From positions 2,372 through 66,371 of the forward strand of contig DASXKW010000011.1 of assembly GCA_036496625.1 (NCBI GenBank): a stretch of 64,000 nucleotides of DNA, in the 5' to 3' direction. A program made the translations under genes and the position numbers. Origin of the DNA: Solirubrobacterales bacterium. GTDB lineage: Bacteria; Actinomycetota; Thermoleophilia; Solirubrobacterales; 70-9. Of this stretch, positions 37,111 through 46,503 are shown piece by piece (the first letter of the stretch is position 1; the number at the start of each line of letters is the position of its first letter). Below the pieces are notes generated by a model. That model worked only from the letters and a program-made list of their open reading frames with translations. It did not search any database and was not told the DNA's origin.

Positions 37111-38160
37111 CTACTTGCCCACCGTGAGGTTCACCTTGGTTCCCGGCGCCAGCACCTTGCCGGGCTTGGGGCTTTGCTTGGTTACCTTGCCCGGCTTGCC
37201 GTGGCGGCGCTTGATCGTGCCGACCTTGCAATCGGCTCGGCCCAGGGCCTTCTTGGCGGTCTTGAGCTTCTTGCCCTTCAGCTTCGGGACGACGCAACCT
37301 TCGTAAAAGAACTGGTCGTCTTTGACTGTGGCGCTGGTTCCGGCGAGGGTGGTGGCCGTCACGTCGAGCGAGCCGACCGTGGGGCTGGGCGGCGCGACCG
37401 CGGTGATCTGAGTTTCCGATTCGGCTTTGAAGCTGGTCGCCGGGACGGTGCCGAATTTGACCGCGCTTGCCGCGGCGAGATTGGTGCCGGTGATCGTCAC
37501 GCTGGTGCCACCGGTGACCGAGCCGAAGTCCGGAGCGATCGAGCTGATCGCGGGGGTGGGTTGAACTTCGGCGCTGAGCTCGATCTCTTTCCCCGCGACC
37601 GTCCCGCTCGGGGCCACCGTCGCCCCGTCGAACGGCGGCGGGAAGATGAAGCCGTAGCTGGCGCCGGCCACTTCGGCGATGCCGATTTTGTCGCCGACGT
37701 TGGTCGGATCGACCCCGATCAGGTCACCCGCCTGGACCGGCAGGTTCGCGGTGAAGGTCTGCAGCCCGCTTCCCGAAGGGGTGGCTGGATTGCTGGTGCC
37801 CGCCGCCATGTACCCACCCGAGCCGTTGGGCCGGAGGACTCGCAGAAAGAAGGGGCCCCCTTCGGAATCCTGCATCCGCCAGCGCACGATTGCGCCGCTG
37901 ACCGGCGAGGTCAAATTGGCGCCTTTCTCCGGCAGCGCGGTGTTGAAAAAGGTCTCCACCTGTCCAAACGCGGTGGGAGTGGACCCGGGCGGCAGAACAC
38001 TGCCGACGGCGACCGTCGACGCCTGCGCGGCCGAGGCCGCCAGCAGTGCCCAGGCGCTCGTCGCGGCGATTGCCAGAAAGCCAAGTCTCCCCAACACCCC
38101 CTGCCTCGTGCCGGAACTGGCGCGGACATGGTCCTCGTGTCGTTGTCGACACCTCATCAA
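37111..38160 (-). CDS. Secreted protein with IPT/TIG-like domain and C-terminal PASTA-like domain
   Basis: Signal peptide; ISSIAPDFGSVTGGTSVTITGTNL (IPT/TIG); CVVPKLKGKKLKTAKKALGRADCKVG...VNLTV (PASTA-like). Confidence 0.6.
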   Translation of the reverse strand: MMRCRQRHEDHVRASSGTRQGVLGRLGFLAIAATSAWALLAASAAQASTVAVGSVLPPGSTPTAFGQVETFFNTALPEKGANLTSPVSGAIVRWRMQDSEGGPFFLRVLRPNGSGGYMAAGTSNPATPSGSGLQTFTANLPVQAGDLIGVDPTNVGDKIGIAEVAGASYGFIFPPPFDGATVAPSGTVAGKEIELSAEVQPTPAISSIAPDFGSVTGGTSVTITGTNLAAASAVKFGTVPATSFKAESETQITAVAPPSPTVGSLDVTATTLAGTSATVKDDQFFYEGCVVPKLKGKKLKTAKKALGRADCKVGTIKRRHGKPGKVTKQSPKPGKVLAPGTKVNLTVGK

Positions 38161-38291
38161 CCTGCCTCCTTAGGTCGTTGCCCCGGGCCCCTGCGGCCTT
38201 CGGGTAGCAGCTCGGGAGTCTCAAAACCGCCCGATTCCCGAATGTTGCGGCGAGCCCGTTGGCAACGGTCCGGCGAGGGCCCCTGACGAGC

Positions 38292-38675
38292 TCAGTCGCG
38301 CGGGGCGTAGCGGCGGTGGAGCATCAGGACGTTGCCGTCGGGATCGGCGAAGGGGGCCATGTGGCAGACGCCGCTGTCCATGGTGTCGGCGAGGAAGGCG
38401 ACGCCCTTGGACTCGAGGTCGGCTCGGGCGGCTTCGACATCCTCGACGTGGAAGGCGGTCGGGTGGGTGTTGGGCTGGAACTCCCGGTCGATCGAGGCGG
38501 CATCCAGCACCTGCAGCGTCAGGTTGCCGGTCTCGAACTCGCCGCCAGGAATTTTCCCGTAGTCGACTGAGTGCTCCAGTCCCAGGGTCTGGCCGTAGAA
38601 CTCAACCGCGGCCGGATAGTCCGTGACGAAGACGGTGGCGAAGTCGACGCCGGTGATGCCGGTCGGAGCGGGCAT
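38292..38675 (-). CDS. VOC/glyoxalase family protein
   Basis: GVDFATVFVTDYPAAVEFYGQTLGLE; ...CHMAPFADPDGNVLMLH. Confidence 0.8.
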   Translation of the reverse strand: MPAPTGITGVDFATVFVTDYPAAVEFYGQTLGLEHSVDYGKIPGGEFETGNLTLQVLDAASIDREFQPNTHPTAFHVEDVEAARADLESKGVAFLADTMDSGVCHMAPFADPDGNVLMLHRRYAPRD

Positions 38676-38704
38676 GGCTTCCTCCTAGCTGGTATTCAGG
38701 TCGG

Positions 38705-39130
38705 GTGGATCTAGGAGACGATACGAAGGTTGTGCTGCTGCTGGCAGCCTTGATGTTCCTCTGGGCGCTCCTCCTCGGGGTCTGGAAGTTCCGCCAGATG
38801 GACGCTTCCGAGGACGGGCTGGCGCATCCGTACGTCGACACGGCGCACCGGGCGGCGCTGCTCTACAGCTTCGCCCTGCTGCTGGTCGCCACCTTCGTCG
38901 AGCTGAGCGGTTGGGGCGCGCTGGTCAACCTGCTCGCCGCCGGCGCGATGGCCCTTTACTTCTTCGCCGCCGTCGCCGGCTACGCGTTCCACGGCTGGAA
39001 GCGCGACACCGACAACCAGTTCCGTCGGCCGGTCCACGGCATGAACGCCTTCATGCTCAGCCTGATCGCCGCCGAGATCGGCGGCTGGCTGGTGCTGGTC
39101 GCCGGCTTCCTCGACGCCCAGATCTTCTAG
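38705..39130 (+). CDS. Integral membrane protein (about 4 TM), unknown function
   Basis: Four hydrophobic segments; no recognised motif. Confidence 0.55.
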   Translation: MDLGDDTKVVLLLAALMFLWALLLGVWKFRQMDASEDGLAHPYVDTAHRAALLYSFALLLVATFVELSGWGALVNLLAAGAMALYFFAAVAGYAFHGWKRDTDNQFRRPVHGMNAFMLSLIAAEIGGWLVLVAGFLDAQIF

Positions 39131-41088
39131 CGCACGAGGCAGCTCCGGCTGCGGCCGCCGCCTGATGGGAAGGCTTCGGCCAGGGCGTCGGCGATCAGGC
39201 GGGCGCGGGCGCGGTAGCCGGGAGTGGTGAAGTGGATGCCGTCTTCGATGAACCAGGCGTCCTTGACGTCGGAGGCCCAGTCGTAGACGCGCATGTTGGG
39301 ATAGCGGGGGCAGGCTTCGAGCAGGGCTTCGTCCCACTTGCGCATGTTCGACTCAGCGTAGGGGCCGCTGGGGACGAGCGATTTCACGTTGACCCAGAGC
39401 GCCGGCTCGCTGCCGGCCGCCGACATCATCCGTTCGATCCGTTCGCGATCGCCGATGTTGCCGCCGACGTAGACATCGGCGGCGTCGTTGGTGCCGAGGG
39501 CGAAGACCCAACAGCCGCGGAAGCCTTCGGCCTTCCAGGCCATCGCCGCTTCGTATGCGTTCGGTTCGCCTTCGAAGGTCTCGTCGATCGAGCGCGCTCC
39601 GGAGATCGCGTAGTAGGAGGTGGTGGCGCCGACGCGAGCGTACTGGGCTTCGATCCGGTCGCCCGGCGCGGGCAGGTAGTTGCTCGAGGTGAGCCCCTCC
39701 GAAGTCGAGTCGCCGATGTGGACGACAGAGTGGCATGAGCTGTGCCCGGGGATCGCCGGTTCGCTGGCGGCTGCCGTCCGCTGAGCGATGTTCGAGGCCG
39801 GCACCGGCGAGGCCACGGCGTTGCCCGCGACAACCGGCGGTTCGGCGCTGGGGTCGAGCGCCGCCCCCGCCAGCCCGACCACGGCGACGAGCCCTACGGC
39901 GGCGAGCGCGCCCGCAGCTGCCCAGCCCCGCTGTGGGACCAGCCCCGGGCGCCAGCCCTGCGAGCGCAGCCGCTTCCAGAGCCGCCCCAGGGCGCCGTGG
40001 CGGACAGGCTCCTCGACGAAGCGCCAGGAGAGCGCCGCGATGCCGAACGTCGCCCCGACCTGGAGCGCGTCGCGGAGCAGGCCGGGACTGTGCGGCCCGC
40101 TCGGCGAGGTGAGGACGATGATCGGGAAGTGCCATAGGTAGATGCCGTAGGAGCGCACGCCGATCCAGCGCAGCAGCTTCCAGCCGAGCAGCGTTCCCAG
40201 TCGGCTCGCCGGGTGGGCGAGCGCGGCGACGACGAGGACCGTCGCGATCGAGAGCAGCGCCAGGCCGCCCTCGTAGATGAACGACGAGTACTGGTTGGTG
40301 CGCCAGATCATCAGCCCGATCGCGATCAGGCCGGCCGCGCCGGCGCCGTCGAGGACGTTGCGCGCCCCCGCGGCGATCTTCGGCGTCAGCTTGCGGCTGG
40401 GCCAGACCATCGCCAGCGCCGCCCCGGCGAGCAGCTCGAAGGCACGCGTGTCGGTGCCGTCGTAGACCCGCGAGGGATCGAAGCTGGGGTGGTAGAGGAC
40501 CGCCATCGCGATCGCCGAGGCGGCGGCGAGCACGAGCGTCGCGGCGGCGAGCCGTGGCCGAAGCCCGGCGGGGGCGCCGGGCGCCTCACGGATGAGACGG
40601 GTTCCAAGCAGCAGCAAGAAGGGCCAGAAGATGTAGAACTGCTCCTCGACCGCCAGCGACCAGAGATGGCCGAGCGGTTCGGGCCCGCCGAAGCGGGCGA
40701 AGTAGGAGACGTGCTGGAAGATCAGCTGCCAGTTGCTGACGTAGAGCGCGGCGGCGATCACCGCGTCGCGGAACTTCGACGGCTGAGCCGGGCCGAAGAC
40801 CGTGACCCAGGCGACGACGACGACCAGCATCAGGAAGAGGGCGGGGAGCAGGCGCCGCGCCCGGCCCAGCCAGAAGTCGATGAGGCGCATGTCGCGCCGC
40901 GCCATGTGGGCGAGCAGGATGTCGGTGATCAGGTAGCCGCTGAGGGTGAAGAAGATCCCCACCCCGAGCAGCCCGCCGGGAGCCCACCCGAATTCCAGGT
41001 GGTAGGCGATGACGGCGAGCACCGCGACGGCTCGCAGCCCATCGAGGCCGGGCATGTAGCGCTTGCTGCGCCTGACGGGTTCAGGCAT
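39127..41088 (-). CDS. Acyltransferase-3 family membrane protein fused to SGNH hydrolase domain (OafA/YrhL-like)
   Basis: LDGLRAVAVLAVIAYH N-terminal motif, ~10 TM, C-terminal VVHIGDSTSEG SGNH block; Met at 41088. Confidence 0.85.
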   Translation of the reverse strand: MPEPVRRSKRYMPGLDGLRAVAVLAVIAYHLEFGWAPGGLLGVGIFFTLSGYLITDILLAHMARRDMRLIDFWLGRARRLLPALFLMLVVVVAWVTVFGPAQPSKFRDAVIAAALYVSNWQLIFQHVSYFARFGGPEPLGHLWSLAVEEQFYIFWPFLLLLGTRLIREAPGAPAGLRPRLAAATLVLAAASAIAMAVLYHPSFDPSRVYDGTDTRAFELLAGAALAMVWPSRKLTPKIAAGARNVLDGAGAAGLIAIGLMIWRTNQYSSFIYEGGLALLSIATVLVVAALAHPASRLGTLLGWKLLRWIGVRSYGIYLWHFPIIVLTSPSGPHSPGLLRDALQVGATFGIAALSWRFVEEPVRHGALGRLWKRLRSQGWRPGLVPQRGWAAAGALAAVGLVAVVGLAGAALDPSAEPPVVAGNAVASPVPASNIAQRTAAASEPAIPGHSSCHSVVHIGDSTSEGLTSSNYLPAPGDRIEAQYARVGATTSYYAISGARSIDETFEGEPNAYEAAMAWKAEGFRGCWVFALGTNDAADVYVGGNIGDRERIERMMSAAGSEPALWVNVKSLVPSGPYAESNMRKWDEALLEACPRYPNMRVYDWASDVKDAWFIEDGIHFTTPGYRARARLIADALAEAFPSGGGRSRSCLVR

Positions 41089-41111
41089 GGGGTACCGGAA
41101 TGGTACGGGCG

Positions 41112-41921
41112 CTACGCGCGGGCGACGCGGGCGATATAGATCGCCTTGGTGTGAGTCGATTGGTCGAGCGGCTGTTTGAGGATCCCGTCGGTGTAGATGC
41201 CGTAGACGTCGACGCACTCCAGCCCGGCTCGCTCCAGGGCTGTCAGCACCTCGGCTTCGGGGAAGTGTCGCTGGCGGTGGGTGAGGGTCGGCGCCTCGCC
41301 GGCGCCGTCCTGCGCATCGTCGCGGGCCACTTCGAGGCGCGATTCGCAGATCGAGCCGGCCGCCACGTCGGCCGCTGCCAGTCCTTTCCAGACCAGCCGT
41401 CGCCCTCCCTGCTCGACCTCAACCGTTTCAGCGAAGAAGGTTCGGTAGGCGAGCAGCTCGTTGACGTCGAAGAGGAGCAGCCCGGTCGGGGCCAGGTTTG
41501 CCCGCATCCCCGCCAGCGCTTGCTCCAGCTCCCTGGGGCTGAGCAGGTAGTTGATCGCGTCGTCGAGCGCCCAGACCAGGTCGAACTCGCCGAACCTTGG
41601 CAGCGCCAGCATGTCGGCGACCTCGAGGCGGGCGGCGTCGCCTGCCTTCTCGTGGGCGAGCTCGAGCATCGCGGGCGAGATGTCGCAGGCGGTGACCTGC
41701 CATCCCCGCGGCAGCATCGGCATGAAGCTCTTGCCCGTCCCGCAGCCGACGTCGAGCAGGCGCTGGCCCTGCAGCCCGCGGCGTTCCAGGGCGACCAGCA
41801 GATCGGCGAGCCAGGCGTCGTATTCGTGGTGGGCGGTGAAATCGTCGTAGACCGGCGCCATCGCCTCGTAGGTCCGCTCTGCCCAGTCACCCCCGCTTTC
41901 CCCCGCCGCCGCGATCTCCAC
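41112..41921 (-). CDS. Class I SAM-dependent methyltransferase
   Basis: LLDVGCGTGKS motif I. Confidence 0.8.
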   Translation of the reverse strand: MEIAAAGESGGDWAERTYEAMAPVYDDFTAHHEYDAWLADLLVALERRGLQGQRLLDVGCGTGKSFMPMLPRGWQVTACDISPAMLELAHEKAGDAARLEVADMLALPRFGEFDLVWALDDAINYLLSPRELEQALAGMRANLAPTGLLLFDVNELLAYRTFFAETVEVEQGGRRLVWKGLAAADVAAGSICESRLEVARDDAQDGAGEAPTLTHRQRHFPEAEVLTALERAGLECVDVYGIYTDGILKQPLDQSTHTKAIYIARVARA

Positions 41922-42075
41922 GAAAGGGAGACCGGAATATAAGTCAGGAAAGTTTCATCGTTAAAATTTCCCCGTTTGCTTTTAGAAGTAGTACGGTCGA
42001 GCAATCAACGTTTCCTTCATTCCAAATTCGAATTCCGACGACGGCTGGCAGTGGGACGAGGCGCAGCGCTTCTGC

Positions 42076-42579
42076 GTGCGCATGGCCTACCACTACGCCA
42101 GCAACCCGAACGAAGCGGAGGACATTGCCCAGGACGCGCTGCTGCGCGCCTGGCGCCGCCGCTCGACCCTGCGCGACGGCGCTCGCCGCAAAGAGTGGCT
42201 GGGGACGATCGTCCGCAACGAGGCGTTCCGCCAGCATTCCCGGGTGCGCCCCGACCCGGTCGAAAGCGTCGAGAGCTGGGAGGGCGCGGAGGACGAGCAG
42301 ATCCTCTCCGCGGTCGAGCGCTCCGACCTCCACGCCGTGCTCAACCGCCTCAGCGCGCGCGATCGCGAGCTGATCCAGCTCCGCTACGACGAGGACTTGA
42401 CCCAGGAGGCGATCGCGCGGCGGTTGGGTGTTCCCGACGGCACGGTCAAGGTGCGTCTGCACAGGCTGCGCGACAAGCTGCGCCGGGAAATGGCGGCGGC
42501 GAAGGCGATGCCGCCGGCGCCTCAGCGGGTCGCGGCGACGCGGCGCATCTCCTCGGCCGCGGCACGCGGCCCGATGTAG
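42076..42579 (+). CDS. ECF-type sigma-70 family sigma factor (N-terminus possibly truncated or non-canonical start)
   Basis: AEDIAQDALLRAW region 2, region 4 LSARDRELIQLRYDEDLTQEAIARRLGVPDGTVKVRLHR. In-frame upstream DDGWQWDEAQRFC has no canonical start back to TAG at 41989-41991. Confidence 0.7.
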   Translation: MRMAYHYASNPNEAEDIAQDALLRAWRRRSTLRDGARRKEWLGTIVRNEAFRQHSRVRPDPVESVESWEGAEDEQILSAVERSDLHAVLNRLSARDRELIQLRYDEDLTQEAIARRLGVPDGTVKVRLHRLRDKLRREMAAAKAMPPAPQRVAATRRISSAAARGPM

Positions 42580-43127
42580 GGGACGAGCATCGCGAAGAGC
42601 AGGTCGGGCAACAGCGCCGGCAGCTGCGCCGCCCGCCCCGCCAGCAGCTCGTCGAAGATCAGCCCCGAGACGGCGCCGGCCGACATCAGCGAGATGTTCT
42701 CCGGCAGCTCGCGGCCGTCGGATAGCTCGCGGCCCCCCTCGAGGTACTCGGTGAACCTGGCGATTGCGTTCCAGTGCCTCTGCCGCGCCTCGGCACCGGC
42801 GGCGGCGACCTCGACGACGGCCGTCCGCGCCAGCGTCGGGTCGAGCGCGAAGAGCTTGACGATCGTCGAGAGCCCGGTCTCGACGCGCTGCAGCCAGGGC
42901 TGATTGCCGTCGCAGCTGGTGACGACCTCGGCGAAGACCTGCTCGACCAGCATGTCGTAGGCGGCCAGGAAGCACTCGTGCTTGTCGTCGAAGTACTTGT
43001 AGAAGGTGGTGCGGGAGGTTTCGGCCTCCTCGATCACGTCGGCGACCGAGGTCTCCTTGTATCCCTTGCTGCCGACGACGCGGATCATTGCCGCGAGGAT
43101 CAGTTCACGCCGCGATTTGGATGCCAT
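42522..43127 (-). CDS. TetR-family regulator
   Basis: RELILAAMIRVVGSKGYKETSVADVIEEAETSRTTFYKYFDDKHECFLAAYD. Confidence 0.8.
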   Translation of the reverse strand: MASKSRRELILAAMIRVVGSKGYKETSVADVIEEAETSRTTFYKYFDDKHECFLAAYDMLVEQVFAEVVTSCDGNQPWLQRVETGLSTIVKLFALDPTLARTAVVEVAAAGAEARQRHWNAIARFTEYLEGGRELSDGRELPENISLMSAGAVSGLIFDELLAGRAAQLPALLPDLLFAMLVPYIGPRAAAEEMRRVAATR

Positions 43128-43195
43128 CGGCCAATCCCAGGTAGGTGGAAAACTCCGGAGTACCTTCATCATAGCGGCATGGTGTACGTAGGCGT

Positions 43196-43870
43196 TTACT
43201 GTCCTCTTCCGCCCACCTCCCTGGCTGCCGCCGCTGGGCCGATATAGGGCACTAGCGTCGCAAAAAGCAGGTCCGAAAGCAAATCGGGAAGCTGCTCGGC
43301 ACGCCCTTCGGCGAGCTCGTCGGAGATCAATCCCGCGACCGCGCCGATCGCCATCCGCGATGTGTTCGCGGGCAGGTTGCGGCCCCCCGGAGCGAAGTCG
43401 CGACCCTCGTCGAAGAGTGGCATCAGCCGTTGCAGCGCGGCCCGGTAGCGGCGTTGGGCCGCCGGACCGGCGGCGGCGACGTCGACCAGTGCCAAGCGCG
43501 CCAGGCCGGGCTCTTCGGCAAGGGCGTCGAGCAGGGCAGCGAGCCCTGCCCGCGCCCGCCGCGGCCAGTCCCCCTCTTCCTCATACGCCGCCGAGACGCG
43601 CCTCACCAGCGCATCGGCGATCGTGTCGTAGGCGGCCAGGAAGCAGGCTTCCTTGTCCTCGTACATCGCGTAGAAGGTTGTGCGGGAGATGCCGGCCTCG
43701 CGGGTCAGGTCGGCCACCGTCGTCGGGCCGTAGCCCTTCTCGGCGACCACCCGCGCGGCCGCCTCGAGCAGCCGCTCGCGCTGCGAGCGGGCGATCACCT
43801 CCGGCGGCAGCCGGTGGCGACCCCGCGGCGGCCGCCAGCGCTCGCGTTTGGCGCTCTCCCCCTGCGGCAT
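43196..43870 (-). CDS. TetR-family regulator (paralog)
   Basis: SQRERLLEAAARVVAEKGYGPTTVADLTREAGISRTTFYAMYEDKEACFLAAYD. Confidence 0.8.
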   Translation of the reverse strand: MPQGESAKRERWRPPRGRHRLPPEVIARSQRERLLEAAARVVAEKGYGPTTVADLTREAGISRTTFYAMYEDKEACFLAAYDTIADALVRRVSAAYEEEGDWPRRARAGLAALLDALAEEPGLARLALVDVAAAGPAAQRRYRAALQRLMPLFDEGRDFAPGGRNLPANTSRMAIGAVAGLISDELAEGRAEQLPDLLSDLLFATLVPYIGPAAAAREVGGRGQ

Positions 43871-43878
43871 CGGCTCGC

Positions 43879-44613
43879 TCAGTCGTCGGCCGCGACGATC
43901 GCCCGCTCGGCCTGGCGCGATTGGCGCAGCGCCTCCTCCTGGCCGAGGTAGGGCACCATGGCGATGTAGACGATGTCGGGGAGAAGCTCGGGCAGGCGGG
44001 CGGTGTTGCCGGCGAGGATCTGGCCGACGATCAGCGACTCGGCGGCGGAGAGCGCGGCGCGGCCGGCGGTCGAGGGGATCGCCTGTTCCTCGACCGGGTC
44101 GTCGCGGCCGCGTTCGAGCAGCGACTGCAGCACCCGCTTGCCGGAGGCATAGAGCTCGAAGGCGCGCTCGCCGGAGGACGGCGCCTCGACCAGCGCCATG
44201 CGGGCAAAGCCGGGCCGCGTGGCGAGCAGGTCGAGGAAGGTGGCGGCGGCGTCGCGGACCATCGTCGCCCAGGGCTTGTCGGGCGAGTAGACGGCGACGA
44301 TGCGGCCCATCGCTTCGGCCAGCGCCAGCTCCATCGCGGCGTGGAAGCAGTCCTCCTTGTCCTTGAACAGCTCGTAGAAGGTGGCGCGCGAGACCCCCGC
44401 CGGCTCGCAGACGTCGGCGATCGTCGTCGCGCCGTAGCCCTTCTTGGCGCAGCTTGCCGCCATCGAGTTGAGGATTCGTTCGCGCTGGGAGTGGGCGATC
44501 AGCGGCTCGGGAAGGTCCTCGCGGCCGGCCGGCAGTCGCTCCTGCTCGATCACGGCCTCGAGGTCGCCCGGGGGGGCGGGAGAAGGGTTGCCGTTAGATG
44601 GTCTAGTGGGCAA
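43879..44613 (-). CDS. TetR-family regulator (paralog)
   Basis: SQRERILNSMAASCAKKGYGATTIADVCEPAGVSRATFYELFKDKEDCFHAAM; start uncertain (TTG 44613 or GTG 44553). Confidence 0.7.
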   Translation of the reverse strand: MPTRPSNGNPSPAPPGDLEAVIEQERLPAGREDLPEPLIAHSQRERILNSMAASCAKKGYGATTIADVCEPAGVSRATFYELFKDKEDCFHAAMELALAEAMGRIVAVYSPDKPWATMVRDAAATFLDLLATRPGFARMALVEAPSSGERAFELYASGKRVLQSLLERGRDDPVEEQAIPSTAGRAALSAAESLIVGQILAGNTARLPELLPDIVYIAMVPYLGQEEALRQSRQAERAIVAADD

Positions 44614-44840
44614 TGCGGGCTCCTCAGCCAGACAGTCGTGTTTAGGTAAACGCGATTGTACACCCCAAGGAGGCTCTGTGGACGATCGGGTACCGAAATT
44701 AATAATCGGGCGATTGTCTGGGAACGCGGCTGGGACTGGCCGAGCCGGTTCGGATCGCGGCGACTGTACAACCGGGCGAGGGCGCCGGGCGGAACTTCGG
44801 ACCCCTGTACAACGATGAATCTCCCCGCTGCCGCGACGAT

Positions 44841-45611
44841 TTGCCAATGGATATTTCGCCTCGCCAGATCGTGGCCTTCGGAGGCGGCGGCTTCTCGATG
44901 GAGTCGGGCAACCCGCTGCTCGACGAGTACGTCCTCGGCCTCTGCCGGCGGGAGAAGCCGCGGGTCTGCTTCCTGCCCTCGGCCAGCGGCGACGCTGACC
45001 ACTACGTCGTTCGCTTCTACCGCGCTTTTCCTGCGGATCGTTGCGAGTCGAGCCACATCTCGCTCTTCCGGCGCGAGCAGGGCCCGGCTGACCTGCGCGC
45101 CCACTTGCTCTCACAGGACCTGATCTACGTCGGCGGCGGCAGCGTGATCAGCCTGCTCGGGGTTTGGAGGGCGCATGGGCTCGACCGGATCCTGCGCGAA
45201 GCGTGGGAGGCGGGCGTCGTCCTCTGCGGCCTCTCCGCCGGCTCGCTCTGCTGGTTCGCCGAGGCCCACAGCGGCTTCCACGGCGCCCCGCGGCGGGTCG
45301 AGGGGCTGGGGCTCCTCCCCTTCAGCAACTCGGTTCACTACGAGCCCGGGTCCGACCACGGCCTCGCCTACCACAGCCTGCTCGAGGGAGGGATGTGCTC
45401 CGGCTACGCGGCGCAGGACGGCGCCGCCCTGCATTTCGTCGGCGCCGAGCTGAACCAGGTCGTCGCCTCGCGGCCCGAGTCGCACGGCTACCGCCTCGAC
45501 GCCGAGACCGGCAAGGTCGCGGAGAGCAGGCTCGCCACCGCCTATCTCGGCGATTCTCCAGCGGCTGCGGCCAGCCTTGCCGAGTCGACCGCGACGGCTA
45601 TCGCGGCCTGA
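44841..45611 (+). CDS. Peptidase E-like (S51 / class I glutamine-amidotransferase-like) protein
   Basis: GGGGF..., LIYVGGGS, nucleophile context LSAGSLCWF. Confidence 0.75.
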   Translation: MPMDISPRQIVAFGGGGFSMESGNPLLDEYVLGLCRREKPRVCFLPSASGDADHYVVRFYRAFPADRCESSHISLFRREQGPADLRAHLLSQDLIYVGGGSVISLLGVWRAHGLDRILREAWEAGVVLCGLSAGSLCWFAEAHSGFHGAPRRVEGLGLLPFSNSVHYEPGSDHGLAYHSLLEGGMCSGYAAQDGAALHFVGAELNQVVASRPESHGYRLDAETGKVAESRLATAYLGDSPAAAASLAESTATAIAA

Positions 45612-46405
45612 TGGCGATCACCCGCATCCTCGCCCTCGGCGGCCACGACTTCACCTCGCGCCCGCCCGATCGCGCGGTCAGCGAGCTGATGCTGCGGCTG
45701 GCGACCGAGCGGGCCGGGCGGCGGCCGCGAATCTGCATCCTGCCGACGGCCAGCGGCGATACCTCCGAGCAGATCGGCCGCTTCTACGCGGCATTCGGCG
45801 AGCGCCCCTGCGAGCCATCTGACCTCTCGCTCTTCCGGCTCGGCCGCCGCCCGATGGCGTTGCGCGACCACCTGCTCGCCCAGGATCTGATCTACGTCGG
45901 CGGCGGCAGCTTGGTCAACCTGCTGGCGGTCTGGGAGGCGCACGAGCTGGGCGCCATCCTCAGCCTCGCCTGGCGCCAGGGCATCGTCCTCGCCGGCCAG
46001 AGCGCCGGCGCGATGTGCTGGTTCGAAGAGGGCATCACCAAGTCCTCGGGCCGCCCGCAGGCCGAGGCCGGCCTCGGCCTGCTCTCCGGCAGCCTCTGCG
46101 TCCACTACAACAACGAGCCCGAGCGCCGCGCCGCCTACCTCGAAGCGGTCGGCAACGGCATGCCCGACGGCTACGGCCTCGACGACTATGCCGGCCTGGT
46201 CTGGGAAGGCCCCGGCCCCCCCTCGGCAGTAACAGCCCGCAGAGGAGCCCGCGCCTACAGGGTCACAAGCTCCGACACCGGAGTCGTGGAGTCACCTCTA
46301 CCAGCAAGGTTCCTGCCTGCTCCCGCTCCAGCAGCGCTCCGCGAGGACATAGCGGAGTTCAGGCGGATCAAATCGATGCGCAAGCGAGCCGGCTGGCTCG
46401 GCTAG
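45611..46405 (+). CDS. Peptidase E-like protein (tandem paralog)
   Basis: LIYVGGGS, QSAGAMCWF; ATG shares one base with the preceding TGA. Confidence 0.75.
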   Translation: MAITRILALGGHDFTSRPPDRAVSELMLRLATERAGRRPRICILPTASGDTSEQIGRFYAAFGERPCEPSDLSLFRLGRRPMALRDHLLAQDLIYVGGGSLVNLLAVWEAHELGAILSLAWRQGIVLAGQSAGAMCWFEEGITKSSGRPQAEAGLGLLSGSLCVHYNNEPERRAAYLEAVGNGMPDGYGLDDYAGLVWEGPGPPSAVTARRGARAYRVTSSDTGVVESPLPARFLPAPAPAALREDIAEFRRIKSMRKRAGWLG

Positions 46406-46503
46406 GTAGGACCGGGGGTGTCCCTCGGACTGGCGGATACTCAAAGTCGTCGCGCTCATCAGCGCGACGACTTGTCAGGCCGAGGGACACCCCCGGTCCT
46501 ACC
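46405..46503. repeat. Nested-hairpin palindromic element P1
   Basis: Perfect 24-bp outer stem (46405-46428 / 46480-46503), core CTGGCGGATACTCAAAG, inner 12-bp hairpin; stop codons of both convergent genes lie at or inside the arms. Confidence 0.85.
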
